The notes below the pieces were generated by a model. The model worked only from the letters and a program-made list of their open reading frames with translations, made no database searches and had not been told where the DNA came from. A stretch of DNA of 64,000 nt, taken from NCBI GenBank assembly GCA_028715175.1, contig JAQUSJ010000001.1:674386-738385 (forward strand). Direction: 5' to 3'. A program made the translations under genes and the position numbers. Shown piece by piece: positions 18,290 to 26,775 of this stretch (its first letter is position 1; every line of letters starts with the position of its first letter). Origin of the DNA: Candidatus Daviesbacteria bacterium (GTDB lineage Bacteria; Patescibacteriota; Microgenomatia; Daviesbacterales; UBA10151).

Positions 18290-19438
18290 CTACCCTATTA
18301 TTTCTAAATTCGCAACCGGCACCTGAAGTTTTCTTCTGGTGGTTTCAACTGTCACCAGATAATCCTTAACTCCGGAGGGTAAAAGAGTCAAGGAATCATC
18401 TCTTGATACAATTTTACCCTGTTCCCCGAGACAGGAATTTCCAACTATCCTTACTTTTAAGCCAACTTTAAGTTCCTGAGCTTCCATGGAATAGCCACCA
18501 GATTCTCTTAACTTGTGATCGAGCAGTGGAGGCAATTTGGTATTTTTTATTTTTATTAAACTGGCTGATGAAAATGATGGAAGACTAATTAGAGCTTTAT
18601 TCCCGTCAATAAAAACAAATTTTCCTTCATATTCGGATAAAACCTCAAAAATATCATCTCCTATCGGGATCGAACCAAAACCTTCACACACCACAACTCC
18701 AATACCTATATCATTATCCAATTTCTTGGGGAAGACTAATCTGCCTCCGGCCATACCTTTGTAATCCTCTGCATTGATCCCGCCCGTAATAATTCCGCTA
18801 ACTCCCTGTGAAATACAAACAGAGATCGCATCTTTAAAAAATAAACTGCCTCCTACCAGTATCTGCCCGTCATATTTTGTTTGAATCTCTTCTTTGGATA
18901 CCAGACTATCTTTTTTGCCTAAAATATGAAGAATTCCGTCACGACTTCTTCCGGAACCGAACATACCATAGATTTTGCTAACAAGAGTCCGGATTATCAC
19001 TTGTCCTCTTTCCGTATCCACATCTTCCACGAACCCAAAAACTCCGGCCGGTAAGTCTGCTTTCTTGGACAAAAATGCGATTTTTAATTCTCCGGTTTTG
19101 GTATTTAAGAAATCCAATACACCATCTGCGGGAGAAGTTACTACTTTCTTTCCGAAAAGCAACCAACCTTTCTTGAAGGCTAACAGTTCGCCTTTATAAA
19201 TCCGCTGACCCAATTGCCTTGTTAAATATTTCTCAACCTCCTCCGGGGGCACGGAAAGCAGTGTAGATAAATTTAAAACCCGGAATCCCGAAGCAATGGT
19301 TCCATTGCCTATAATTTCATCCGGTGTAACTTGTTGACCCGCTTTCACGGTAAGAGAACCTTTACCTTTTAAAATTCTTACAACTCGAGTTACGACATTT
19401 TTCTCAACACGCAAACGGATATGCACAGAGTGCTTCAT
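18290..19438 (-). CDS. Hypothetical protein (barrel-sandwich-like segments, C-terminal KOW-like motif)
   Basis: 382 aa ORF; GIITGGI, EGFG, VPVANLEI; translationally coupled to the upstream gene. Confidence 0.7.
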   Translation of the reverse strand: MKHSVHIRLRVEKNVVTRVVRILKGKGSLTVKAGQQVTPDEIIGNGTIASGFRVLNLSTLLSVPPEEVEKYLTRQLGQRIYKGELLAFKKGWLLFGKKVVTSPADGVLDFLNTKTGELKIAFLSKKADLPAGVFGFVEDVDTERGQVIIRTLVSKIYGMFGSGRSRDGILHILGKKDSLVSKEEIQTKYDGQILVGGSLFFKDAISVCISQGVSGIITGGINAEDYKGMAGGRLVFPKKLDNDIGIGVVVCEGFGSIPIGDDIFEVLSEYEGKFVFIDGNKALISLPSFSSASLIKIKNTKLPPLLDHKLRESGGYSMEAQELKVGLKVRIVGNSCLGEQGKIVSRDDSLTLLPSGVKDYLVTVETTRRKLQVPVANLEIIG

Positions 19439-20103
19439 ACGCTCCTTCCGTCAATCACCAAACCTAATTTTCCGCCATAAATTTCAATTGCACTTTCCTC
19501 TTTACCCAAAATCTTACCTTTGTGGAGTTTGTATCTTATTTCACATCTGTCTTTGAAACAAGGCAACACTGTCAAACCTCCCGGGCGGATTTCATAATTT
19601 TTCCCCAGCAATTGACAACGCATCAGCGCATTTTTGTCTTCAAATTGGGGCAGGATAACAGATCCTACAACCTCATCACTAATACCTGTCAAAACTATAG
19701 TCCAGATATCCTGAAACCAATCCTTCCTTGTCCGATTAAGCAACAATGCATTTATAAAAACTGTCGTCAAAGCAGCAAGATTGGGTACAAAGTCAAGAAA
19801 CTTTGAAGGAATTAAGATTTTCCGCAGTGTAATATTTAAAAAAGGGTTATCGCCAAGTAAAGCATTTGATTTTTGAGATCCTTCGGGGGCATTCATTTTT
19901 AGCGCTTCGCAGAGAATTGCTAAATCTATCTGCATATCTTGTTTGGTCAGGGGAAGACTCCGGGGGTATAAAATTTTGTTTGCCAAGTAATTTTTAAGTT
20001 GAGCTAACTGAGGCGCTGGTTTTAACCAGGAAGATACGGCTTCAACTGAAATTTGATCCAGATTATCAAAGCTATCAAAAAGACCTGTTGGAATAATGGG
20101 CAT
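19435..20103 (-). CDS. Hypothetical protein, possibly related to the GlmL C-terminus
   Basis: Ends GGKLGLVIDGR; extended -10 box 6 nt upstream of ATG. Confidence 0.6.
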   Translation of the reverse strand: MPIIPTGLFDSFDNLDQISVEAVSSWLKPAPQLAQLKNYLANKILYPRSLPLTKQDMQIDLAILCEALKMNAPEGSQKSNALLGDNPFLNITLRKILIPSKFLDFVPNLAALTTVFINALLLNRTRKDWFQDIWTIVLTGISDEVVGSVILPQFEDKNALMRCQLLGKNYEIRPGGLTVLPCFKDRCEIRYKLHKGKILGKEESAIEIYGGKLGLVIDGRSV

Positions 20104-20156
20104 AGATCTAGTTTACCACGTTCATGTAAACAACTGAACGTGGTTTACCACGTTCC

Positions 20157-20465
20157 TCAAACCTTGGGGGTAAAGGGAAAAAGGGCTAAATGTCTTGCAT
20201 ATTTTATCTGTTTAGTCGCTATCCGCTGGTGTTTGCTGCAAAGATTGCTCTTTAGCTTAGGTACTATTTTTGCCCGGTCGGTTACAAAACGGCGCAGAAC
20301 ATTCGTATCTGTATACGAAGGATTAGTTTTACTTTGGCAAAAAAGGCATGCTCTTTTAGGCCTACCGGCCTTTTGCAACTCTTCTGAGGGTTGTTTTACC
20401 TCTTCTCCCTCTTTTACAGAAACTGCAGGTTTAGAAATTACTCTTTTAATCCTTTTCTCTACCAT
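20157..20465 (-). CDS. rpsR: 30S ribosomal protein S18
   Basis: CLFC..YTD...LRRF, CSKHQR, ARHLALFPF; follows ssb. Confidence 0.92.
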   Translation of the reverse strand: MVEKRIKRVISKPAVSVKEGEEVKQPSEELQKAGRPKRACLFCQSKTNPSYTDTNVLRRFVTDRAKIVPKLKSNLCSKHQRIATKQIKYARHLALFPFTPKV

Positions 20466-20508
20466 AATTTAGCGATTACATCGCGGAACGATTATATCTT
20501 AAATTGAG

Positions 20509-21036
20509 CTAGAATGGAAGATCGTCTTTAACTTCTTCTTGAGGGGGAGTTTCTTCCTGGGAGACTTCAGTTTCTTTCTTTGCTGATTTAGCTTCATCCT
20601 CTATCTTTTCTTTAACTGTAACTTTCTCTTCTGGTTCTGTCTCCTCTGTCTTGGCATGTTCTGCTTCCGCATCCTCTGGCGTTGCCGCCGTTTCTCCAAA
20701 ATTTTTGGGGGTCAATATGATCATATCTTCTACTACAATTTCCGTACTCTGCCTCTGAGTACCGTCCTGCGCTGTCCAGGATCTGGTTTGCAACCTGCCG
20801 GAAATAAATACCCTCATACCTTTTTTAAGCAGTTGATTACAAAGCTCTGCCAACTTATTCCAGGCTACTAATTTATGAAAATCTGCCTCTTCTTTACGCT
20901 CACCTTCTGTAACATAAGTTCGGTTAGTAGCCATACCGAAAGTAACAACTGCAGCACCATTTGGGGTATATCGAAGTTCGGGGTCCCTTGTTAAATTGCC
21001 TATAAGTTCAACTCTATTCCAAGATCTTGAAGCCAT
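20509..21036 (-). CDS. ssb: Single-stranded DNA-binding protein
   Basis: LIGNLTRDPELRYT, C-terminal DDLPF. Confidence 0.96.
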   Translation of the reverse strand: MASRSWNRVELIGNLTRDPELRYTPNGAAVVTFGMATNRTYVTEGERKEEADFHKLVAWNKLAELCNQLLKKGMRVFISGRLQTRSWTAQDGTQRQSTEIVVEDMIILTPKNFGETAATPEDAEAEHAKTEETEPEEKVTVKEKIEDEAKSAKKETEVSQEETPPQEEVKDDLPF

Positions 21037-21092
21037 CTATCTTCCACCTTCCATCTTCAAAAGTCTATCTTCTACTTTCCATCATCTATCGT
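21037..21092. repeat. Heptamer array filling the rpsF-ssb spacer
   Basis: ctatctt ccacctt ccatctt caaaagt ctatctt ctacttt ccatcat ctatcgt. Confidence 0.8.
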
Positions 21093-21367
21093 CTGATCAA
21101 AAGATAACGCAATACATCTTCTTCTACTTTTAAGCTTTTGTCAAGACCTTTTGCGTCTTTGGGATCTGCTTGAATTTCAAAATGAGCATAGTAACCGGAG
21201 GTTTGCTTATTTATAGGATAAGCCAAAGCCCTCACTCCCCAAAGGTCTTCCTTTTCCATCTTGCCATCTTTCCCTACCAATTTTTTACTGATGGAATCCA
21301 AAAGAGCTTTTCTAACTTTTTCTTCCAAATCCGGCTTTAAAACTAATGTTAAATAATATGAATTCAT
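21086..21367 (-). CDS. rpsF: 30S ribosomal protein S6
   Basis: WGVRALAYPI, GYY, VLRYL; rpsF-ssb-rpsR synteny. Confidence 0.93.
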   Translation of the reverse strand: MNSYYLTLVLKPDLEEKVRKALLDSISKKLVGKDGKMEKEDLWGVRALAYPINKQTSGYYAHFEIQADPKDAKGLDKSLKVEEDVLRYLLIRR

Positions 21368-21428
21368 ATTTATTGTGTGTAATTGTACTAAGAAGAAGTG
21401 AATAATTCAATAGAAGATTATACAGAAG

Positions 21429-22553
21429 TTAATTGCTAACCAAAAATTCAACCACATCCCCATCCTTAACCTCATAATCTTTTCCTTCAGTCCTAACCCA
21501 CCCTTTGGCCTTAGCTTCTGTATATGATCCAGCTTCTATCAATTTATCATAAGAGATAACCTGGGCCCTGATAAAATTTTTCTCAAAATCGCTGTGGATT
21601 ACCCCTGCTGCTTGGGGAGCTTTTGTTCCTCTCTTTATAGTCCAAGCCCTGACTTCTTTCGGACCGGCAGTTAAAAAAGAAATTAGGCCTAAAAGGTCAT
21701 AGGCTTTGACAATTAATCTTTCCAAACCTGTTTGATCAATCCCTAAAGTTCTTAAATATTCCAATCTTTCTTCTTCTGAATAATCAGCCAATTCTTCTTC
21801 CAATTTGGCAGAGATAACCATCTCATTCTGACCATTCCACCTCGGAGATGTAACTGCATTTTTTTCACCTCCGAGGTGTTCTGAAATTGCGCTTTCTGAA
21901 ACATTTAGAACATATAGCGTTGGTTTAATAGTCAGAAGTGGCAGGCGATCAAACCAATCCTGAAGTCTGTCATCTGCTATCTGGTATTTCCCAAGATTTC
22001 TCCCTTGATTCAACTCCTCTTTTATCTGATTTAAAATCTCTGCTTTCTGACTTGCTAGTGGATCCATTTCCTGTTTACCCGCCGAAGCTTTAGCGAAGGA
22101 GGGGGCAGCTATTAATTTTTCCAGAGTTTGAAGATCTGCCAATCCTAATTCTGTTTCCACTACCAATTTATCTGAGTCTGGATTTTCCGCTCCAGCCCGT
22201 ACCACATTTTCATCCTGAAAATCCCGCAGAACATGAATTATGGCATCCACTTCTCTAATGTGAGATAAAAACTGGTTACCCAAACCGGCTCCGGTTGAAG
22301 CACCTTTTACTAATCCGGCAATATCTACAAATTCCACCACAGCCGGAACAACAGGAGGTTTTTTTGACACCTCAGCCACCAGATCGGCCAGCTTGTTTAG
22401 CCTCTCATCAGGTACTGCCACCACCCCCACATTTGGTTCAACTGTGGCAAAAGGATAATTGGCAGAAAGAGCCACTCTTTTTTTCAAAAGAGCATTGAAC
22501 AAAGTACTTTTCCCAACATTTGGTAATCCAACTATCCCGACTTTTAAAGACAT
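21429..22553 (-). CDS. ychF: Redox-regulated ATPase YchF
   Basis: GLPNVGKST, DIAGLV, GLGNQFL, TGS domain APQAAGVIHSDF. Confidence 0.95.
   Translation of the reverse strand: MSLKVGIVGLPNVGKSTLFNALLKKRVALSANYPFATVEPNVGVVAVPDERLNKLADLVAEVSKKPPVVPAVVEFVDIAGLVKGASTGAGLGNQFLSHIREVDAIIHVLRDFQDENVVRAGAENPDSDKLVVETELGLADLQTLEKLIAAPSFAKASAGKQEMDPLASQKAEILNQIKEELNQGRNLGKYQIADDRLQDWFDRLPLLTIKPTLYVLNVSESAISEHLGGEKNAVTSPRWNGQNEMVISAKLEEELADYSEEERLEYLRTLGIDQTGLERLIVKAYDLLGLISFLTAGPKEVRAWTIKRGTKAPQAAGVIHSDFEKNFIRAQVISYDKLIEAGSYTEAKAKGWVRTEGKDYEVKDGDVVEFLVSN
21838..21878. repeat. Pair of CACCTCSGAGRTG palindromes in ychF
   Basis: CACCTCGGAGATG (21838) and CACCTCCGAGGTG (21866). Confidence 0.8.
22078..22103. 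repeat. CTTCGC-n-GCTWCGG hairpin element in ychF
   Basis: Minus strand CCCTCCTTCGCTAAAGCTTCGGCGGG encoding PSFAKASAG; related copy at 51484-51511. Confidence 0.7.
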
Positions 22554-22610
22554 ACCTGGAAATTATAAGCAAAGCTTGAAATTTTCGCTACGCTCAAATT
22601 ATAACTTAAT

Positions 22611-23066
22611 TTATGGATTTAGTATAACAATGGATAAATTAAGGAATGAGGCAAAAGTAACCCAAAGTAGATATGGGATTAATAAATTACCAGCCAGCTT
22701 GTTAATTTTGGTAAAAGCCTTAATTGTTAAGAAAATTGCTATCCATAAGGCCACTATCTCTACTAAAGCCAAGGCAGGGTTTTTCATCTCAAAAAAGATA
22801 ATGGACCAAGCTACATTTAAAATAAGCTGAATCCAGAAAATAGTTGGAACTTTCTTCTTTGTCCAAACTAAATATAAAGAGAGCCCCATCATTATATAAA
22901 GTATTGTCCAAACAGGCCCAAAAACCCAATTAGGCGGAGAAAAGAAAGGTTTATTTAAAGTTTGATACCAGTCAGGAATGGAAGAAGTAATAAACAAACT
23001 CCCTACTCCTCCTGCTGCAAGACAAATAACAATGGATAGAATAAGTTTAAAAATATTCCTGGGCAT
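22611..23066 (-). CDS. tspO: TspO/MBR tryptophan-rich sensory protein
   Basis: WYQTLNKPFFSPPNWVFGPVWTILY, LIPYLLWVTFA. Confidence 0.93.
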   Translation of the reverse strand: MPRNIFKLILSIVICLAAGGVGSLFITSSIPDWYQTLNKPFFSPPNWVFGPVWTILYIMMGLSLYLVWTKKKVPTIFWIQLILNVAWSIIFFEMKNPALALVEIVALWIAIFLTIKAFTKINKLAGNLLIPYLLWVTFASFLNLSIVILNP

Positions 23067-23238
23067 TACTTTAACTTTATCATAAAATTAAAGAAAAGAA
23101 AAAAGTAGTCCTAAAAAGAAAATTAAATAAAAAAAGTTTTAAGACCAAGTAAGCAAGATAAAAAAATAAACAAAACTTGGGACTTTTGGGAAATATTGTC
23201 TGCATCAATCCTTTTAGGTTATTAACGAAGATTTTGAT

Positions 23239-23640
23239 CTAAAGCCCCCCGAATGTATTACGCCATTCTTGACCAAAAAGACAATTTGCTGCTCTTTCTG
23301 TTTCTATAATTAAATCTAAGAAAACATCTCCAGTTGTTCCATCCCTGAAATCTCCTTCATACGGCTTCGGTTGAAAAGCTATAACTCTACCGCTTCCGTC
23401 CCGCATGAGTGAACCTGTTATTCCAATTCCTAACTCATGTAGAGCATTTGCAAAATCTCTGAAATTAAATGGGGTCGTTCTTGCATCAACTCTCATTGGC
23501 CTTGGTGGATATTGTGTCTCTTGTCAGCTACTAATTCCACCTAATGCAACTCTAACAGCATTTTGTTCGCGCGGTCCTAATCTGTTAAATGAATCTAAAG
23601 TTGAAGGGTCTACTGCACCCCAATTTTTCACGGTTTCCAT
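23239..23640 (-). pseudogene. Hypothetical ORF interrupted by an in-frame TGA at 23524-23526
   Basis: ATG 23640 METVKNWGAVDPS...GISS*QETQYPPRP continues in frame into the listed 85-aa ORF. Confidence 0.5.
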
Positions 23641-23714
23641 AATTTATGAGAAATATAGCAAAATAGATAACAAAAGTCAAAGCTTATAAAAACCGAGGTT
23701 AAAATTTTAGGGAT

Positions 23715-24206
23715 TTACTTGGCTTTTTTATTACCAGCTTCTTCTATTTGGGATTTGATGAATTTTAGATAGCCTAAAAATAAAGCAATTACTAAACCAA
23801 TGCTTACAACCAAAAAACGAAACTTTGCATCTTCGCTGGCAAATCCCCGGACAATAGAGTAGATTAAAGTTAATACTCCCCCAAGTAACATCCCATCGGC
23901 AATAACTAGGATGGCTTTGGCAAATGTTAAGCTAATAATTAAAATTGTTATCGCCGCTGCCAAAGAGATAATTGAAACATTACGGTTATAAATTTTATCT
24001 TTTTCCATAAAAATCTTTTCCTCAGCATCAAACTTTTCCTGCTCCTGCTTCACCTCTGGCGAAACCACATCTTTTGGAGGACAGTATTTTATTGATAGTG
24101 GCGGCTCCGGGGATTTGGGTCCAGGATAAAAAGCAGCAATACCTACTCCCACAAAGGCAGCAAGAAGTATTCCGATAAAAATAATGTAGACAAATTTTAA
24201 TATCAT
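23715..24206 (-). CDS. Membrane protein (4 TM)
   Basis: Hydrophobic segments separated by a charged periplasmic-type loop. Confidence 0.75.
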   Translation of the reverse strand: MILKFVYIIFIGILLAAFVGVGIAAFYPGPKSPEPPLSIKYCPPKDVVSPEVKQEQEKFDAEEKIFMEKDKIYNRNVSIISLAAAITILIISLTFAKAILVIADGMLLGGVLTLIYSIVRGFASEDAKFRFLVVSIGLVIALFLGYLKFIKSQIEEAGNKKAK

Positions 24207-24284
24207 TTAATAATTTTTTCTTTTCCAGTTTCTGACATATAAATAATTATATATCTTTCAAAAATTAAAAATAGAGGCCAACTG

Positions 24285-25313
24285 TTATTTCAAGTATTTA
24301 TTAAAAAAATCTATTGATCTTTGCATTGCAAGGTTAAAGCTTGGTCCAGAGATATTATGGTCTGCCCCGTTATAGGTATAGAGTTCAACGGTTTTTCCTT
24401 GTTTCTCCAAATCATTTTTTAAACCTTCGGAAAATAAGAAAGGAACCTCAGCATCTGCTAAACCCTGATGCAGTTGCAAGGGACCGGAGATATCTTTTAG
24501 GAAAAACCGCGGATCAATGCTTTGCCAAAAACTTGGATTAGAACTTGGGGTACCGTATTTTAATATCAAGTTTTGTTTGATGGAACTGATATGTCCGGCT
24601 ATTTCTTGATTTGAGAATGTCGTAGGTCTTATTCCATGCCATTTATTTAAGAGCTCATCATAAGTCCCCACCACCCCCGCCCAAATAACTCCGGCTTTAA
24701 TATCGGAAGAAATAACCATCGCACGTAAAGTAATATTCCCTCCCATTGAATGACCCCACATGCCAATTTTTCCCGGATCTACGTCTTTATATCTCTTAAC
24801 AGATGCAAGGGCATTTAAGACATCAATCGTATAAGCCGGTGAGTAATATGCTCCCTCTGATATTCCTTCGGAATTCCCATTGCCCCGGTAATCGGGCTTA
24901 AAAACTACAAAACCTTCTCTTGCAAAACCGTCCACATAAGCCACATACCTTTCGGTAGTTTTATACTGTGCCGGCGGGATATAACCATGATTAAAAATAA
25001 TGGCAGGCCAACCGCTTTCAGGCATGACGCCAGTTGGAACTGTTAATAAACCATAAATCTTTAACCCGTCTGATTTATAGGAAGCAATATATTGTTTATA
25101 ATTTTCTCCCGAAGTTAAAGTTTCCTCAATGATTAAATCGCTTCCCTGGTAACTTCTAGCCCTCATTTGAGAAATTTGCAAAGGGTTAACTTGAATAGGT
25201 TTTGGTGAATTTGAATCCGGAACAGCTTTAGGTTGTAATCTTACCTGATAAATTAACAGCCCAAAAACTATGACGATAAAAGACAAAAAAATAAGCAGCT
25301 TCTTATTAAGCAT
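24285..25313 (-). CDS. S9-type alpha/beta hydrolase (peptidase)
   Basis: HGY, DYRG, GHSMGG nucleophile elbow, Asp (DAEV) and His (DH) triad candidates. Confidence 0.88.
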   Translation of the reverse strand: MLNKKLLIFLSFIVIVFGLLIYQVRLQPKAVPDSNSPKPIQVNPLQISQMRARSYQGSDLIIEETLTSGENYKQYIASYKSDGLKIYGLLTVPTGVMPESGWPAIIFNHGYIPPAQYKTTERYVAYVDGFAREGFVVFKPDYRGNGNSEGISEGAYYSPAYTIDVLNALASVKRYKDVDPGKIGMWGHSMGGNITLRAMVISSDIKAGVIWAGVVGTYDELLNKWHGIRPTTFSNQEIAGHISSIKQNLILKYGTPSSNPSFWQSIDPRFFLKDISGPLQLHQGLADAEVPFLFSEGLKNDLEKQGKTVELYTYNGADHNISGPSFNLAMQRSIDFFNKYLK

Positions 25314-25319
25314 AAACCC

Positions 25320-25634
25320 TTACTTAGCCAAAAGTAAAAGCAAGAAAACCCCAGCCAGATAAAAAGAAATCCAGCCGATTGTCCAAAAAAGCAAAGGAAA
25401 AGCTTGCCTGTACCTTTTTTCCCAAAATAAAAAACCGGCTCTGCCCAAAACCAAAACAGAGGAAATAATGGCTGATAAAACAAAAATTAAAAGGAAAAGA
25501 ATGGGACCAAAATAATTATTCATCTTACCAAATATTTGATTTCCATAAAGGAAGATCAAAGAAACAAGGCTGATATAAATAAGTAATCCTGTGGCTTGCA
25601 GAAAAGCCAGGAAAGGAAGAGAGAACTTTTTCAC
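25320..25634 (-). CDS. Small membrane protein (3 TM)
   Basis: Hydrophobic ORF with GTG start 6 nt below TGGTAAAAT. Confidence 0.75.
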   Translation of the reverse strand: MKKFSLPFLAFLQATGLLIYISLVSLIFLYGNQIFGKMNNYFGPILFLLIFVLSAIISSVLVLGRAGFLFWEKRYRQAFPLLFWTIGWISFYLAGVFLLLLLAK

Positions 25635-25662
25635 CTAACTATTTTACCATATCTTCCCCTTT

Positions 25663-26775
25663 CTAATTTAAAAACCACTTTTTCATTTGAGCAATTATCT
25701 GTTCTCCGTTTGTAGTTTTCAAAACTGCCGGCATTGGATCAGACAAATATACTCCATTTAATTTTTTACTGCCTTCCTCCAAAACAATTCCGATATCTCC
25801 TGCAGGCCACATTTCATTGTTTCCCTTATAACCATGTTCAGCAACTACTACCTCCGGCACCACGTCCCTTTTAGCCCAAGCCGAAGCCTTATCCATATTA
25901 AAATCTATAACTTTGCGGAGTTCCTCTAAATCAGTTGGCGGCGGCGCAGGATGCGGCATAACCCCCAACACATCATAACCTTTAAAATTTAAGTTATCAC
26001 CTTCACCTTTATGTAAATCTCCTTTGTAAAAAATTTTACCTTGGTAATTTTTTCTAATTTTGGGAAGAATTTCCTGATTCCAGGAAGAGGCCACTTTGAT
26101 GCCAAAAATATTTTCCGGCTCACCCATTGGGGCAAACATTTCAATATGGTATTTTTGGGCAATTTTTGCCATATCCTCAACCACCTTGTCGAATTTGTCC
26201 AAATATCCGGGTTTTTCCACCACCTCCTTTGGCAACGGTATGGGTTCCCCAGCCCACTGCCCCTTTGGGTCAAAATTTTCTTTGTAGTGAACCAGGACTG
26301 TCATAGTCAGATGAATGTTAGCTGAATAAAACTTGGTGGCCAACTCTCCCACCCGCGCATCCAAATCTTCATTCGTGGGAAAATCAGGAGGGTAGCGCAC
26401 TTCACCTTTACTGTTTATCTCAAAACCGGGAGCAATATTGACAATATTTACTCCCCAGCTTTTGTACTTTTCAAGATCAAGTTTTAAACCTGTATATTGT
26501 TCCGGGTAAATTAAGTTTCCCGACCAGAGACCTTTATAAAAAGTTATTTTATCTTTTGGAGGATTAGGAATCGGACCACTCCAATGGGCTATTTTAGGAG
26601 GCATGGAAGGACCAAAATTTTCTGCCCCTCCAGGTCTTTGACCCCAACCCGGTTGATTTTGTTCTGGTCCTTTATTTTGTCCTGTAATTCCTGTAAACTT
26701 TGAAAAGCCCACTCCTACAACAACCGCCAATATAGCAACAATTAAAAAAATAGGGGCAAAACCTTTTTGAGTCAT
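25663..26775 (-). CDS. Exported TIM-barrel protein, glycoside-hydrolase-like (GH113-like)
   Basis: KGF+TM N-terminus; MGEPE and VAEHG candidate catalytic Glu motifs; IRKNYQGKI. Confidence 0.55.
   Translation of the reverse strand: MTQKGFAPIFLIVAILAVVVGVGFSKFTGITGQNKGPEQNQPGWGQRPGGAENFGPSMPPKIAHWSGPIPNPPKDKITFYKGLWSGNLIYPEQYTGLKLDLEKYKSWGVNIVNIAPGFEINSKGEVRYPPDFPTNEDLDARVGELATKFYSANIHLTMTVLVHYKENFDPKGQWAGEPIPLPKEVVEKPGYLDKFDKVVEDMAKIAQKYHIEMFAPMGEPENIFGIKVASSWNQEILPKIRKNYQGKIFYKGDLHKGEGDNLNFKGYDVLGVMPHPAPPPTDLEELRKVIDFNMDKASAWAKRDVVPEVVVAEHGYKGNNEMWPAGDIGIVLEEGSKKLNGVYLSDPMPAVLKTTNGEQIIAQMKKWFLN

Noticed and set aside
23080-23205. 41-codon Phe/Leu-rich ORF on the minus strand upstream of tspO
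   Set aside because: Explained by a low-complexity T-rich tract; no RBS or recognisable motif
23524-23526. Genetic code 25 or 4 (TGA recoding)
   Set aside because: Many conserved genes (efp, purE, purH, cysS) end at TGA at their expected C-termini and no other gene needs TGA readthrough
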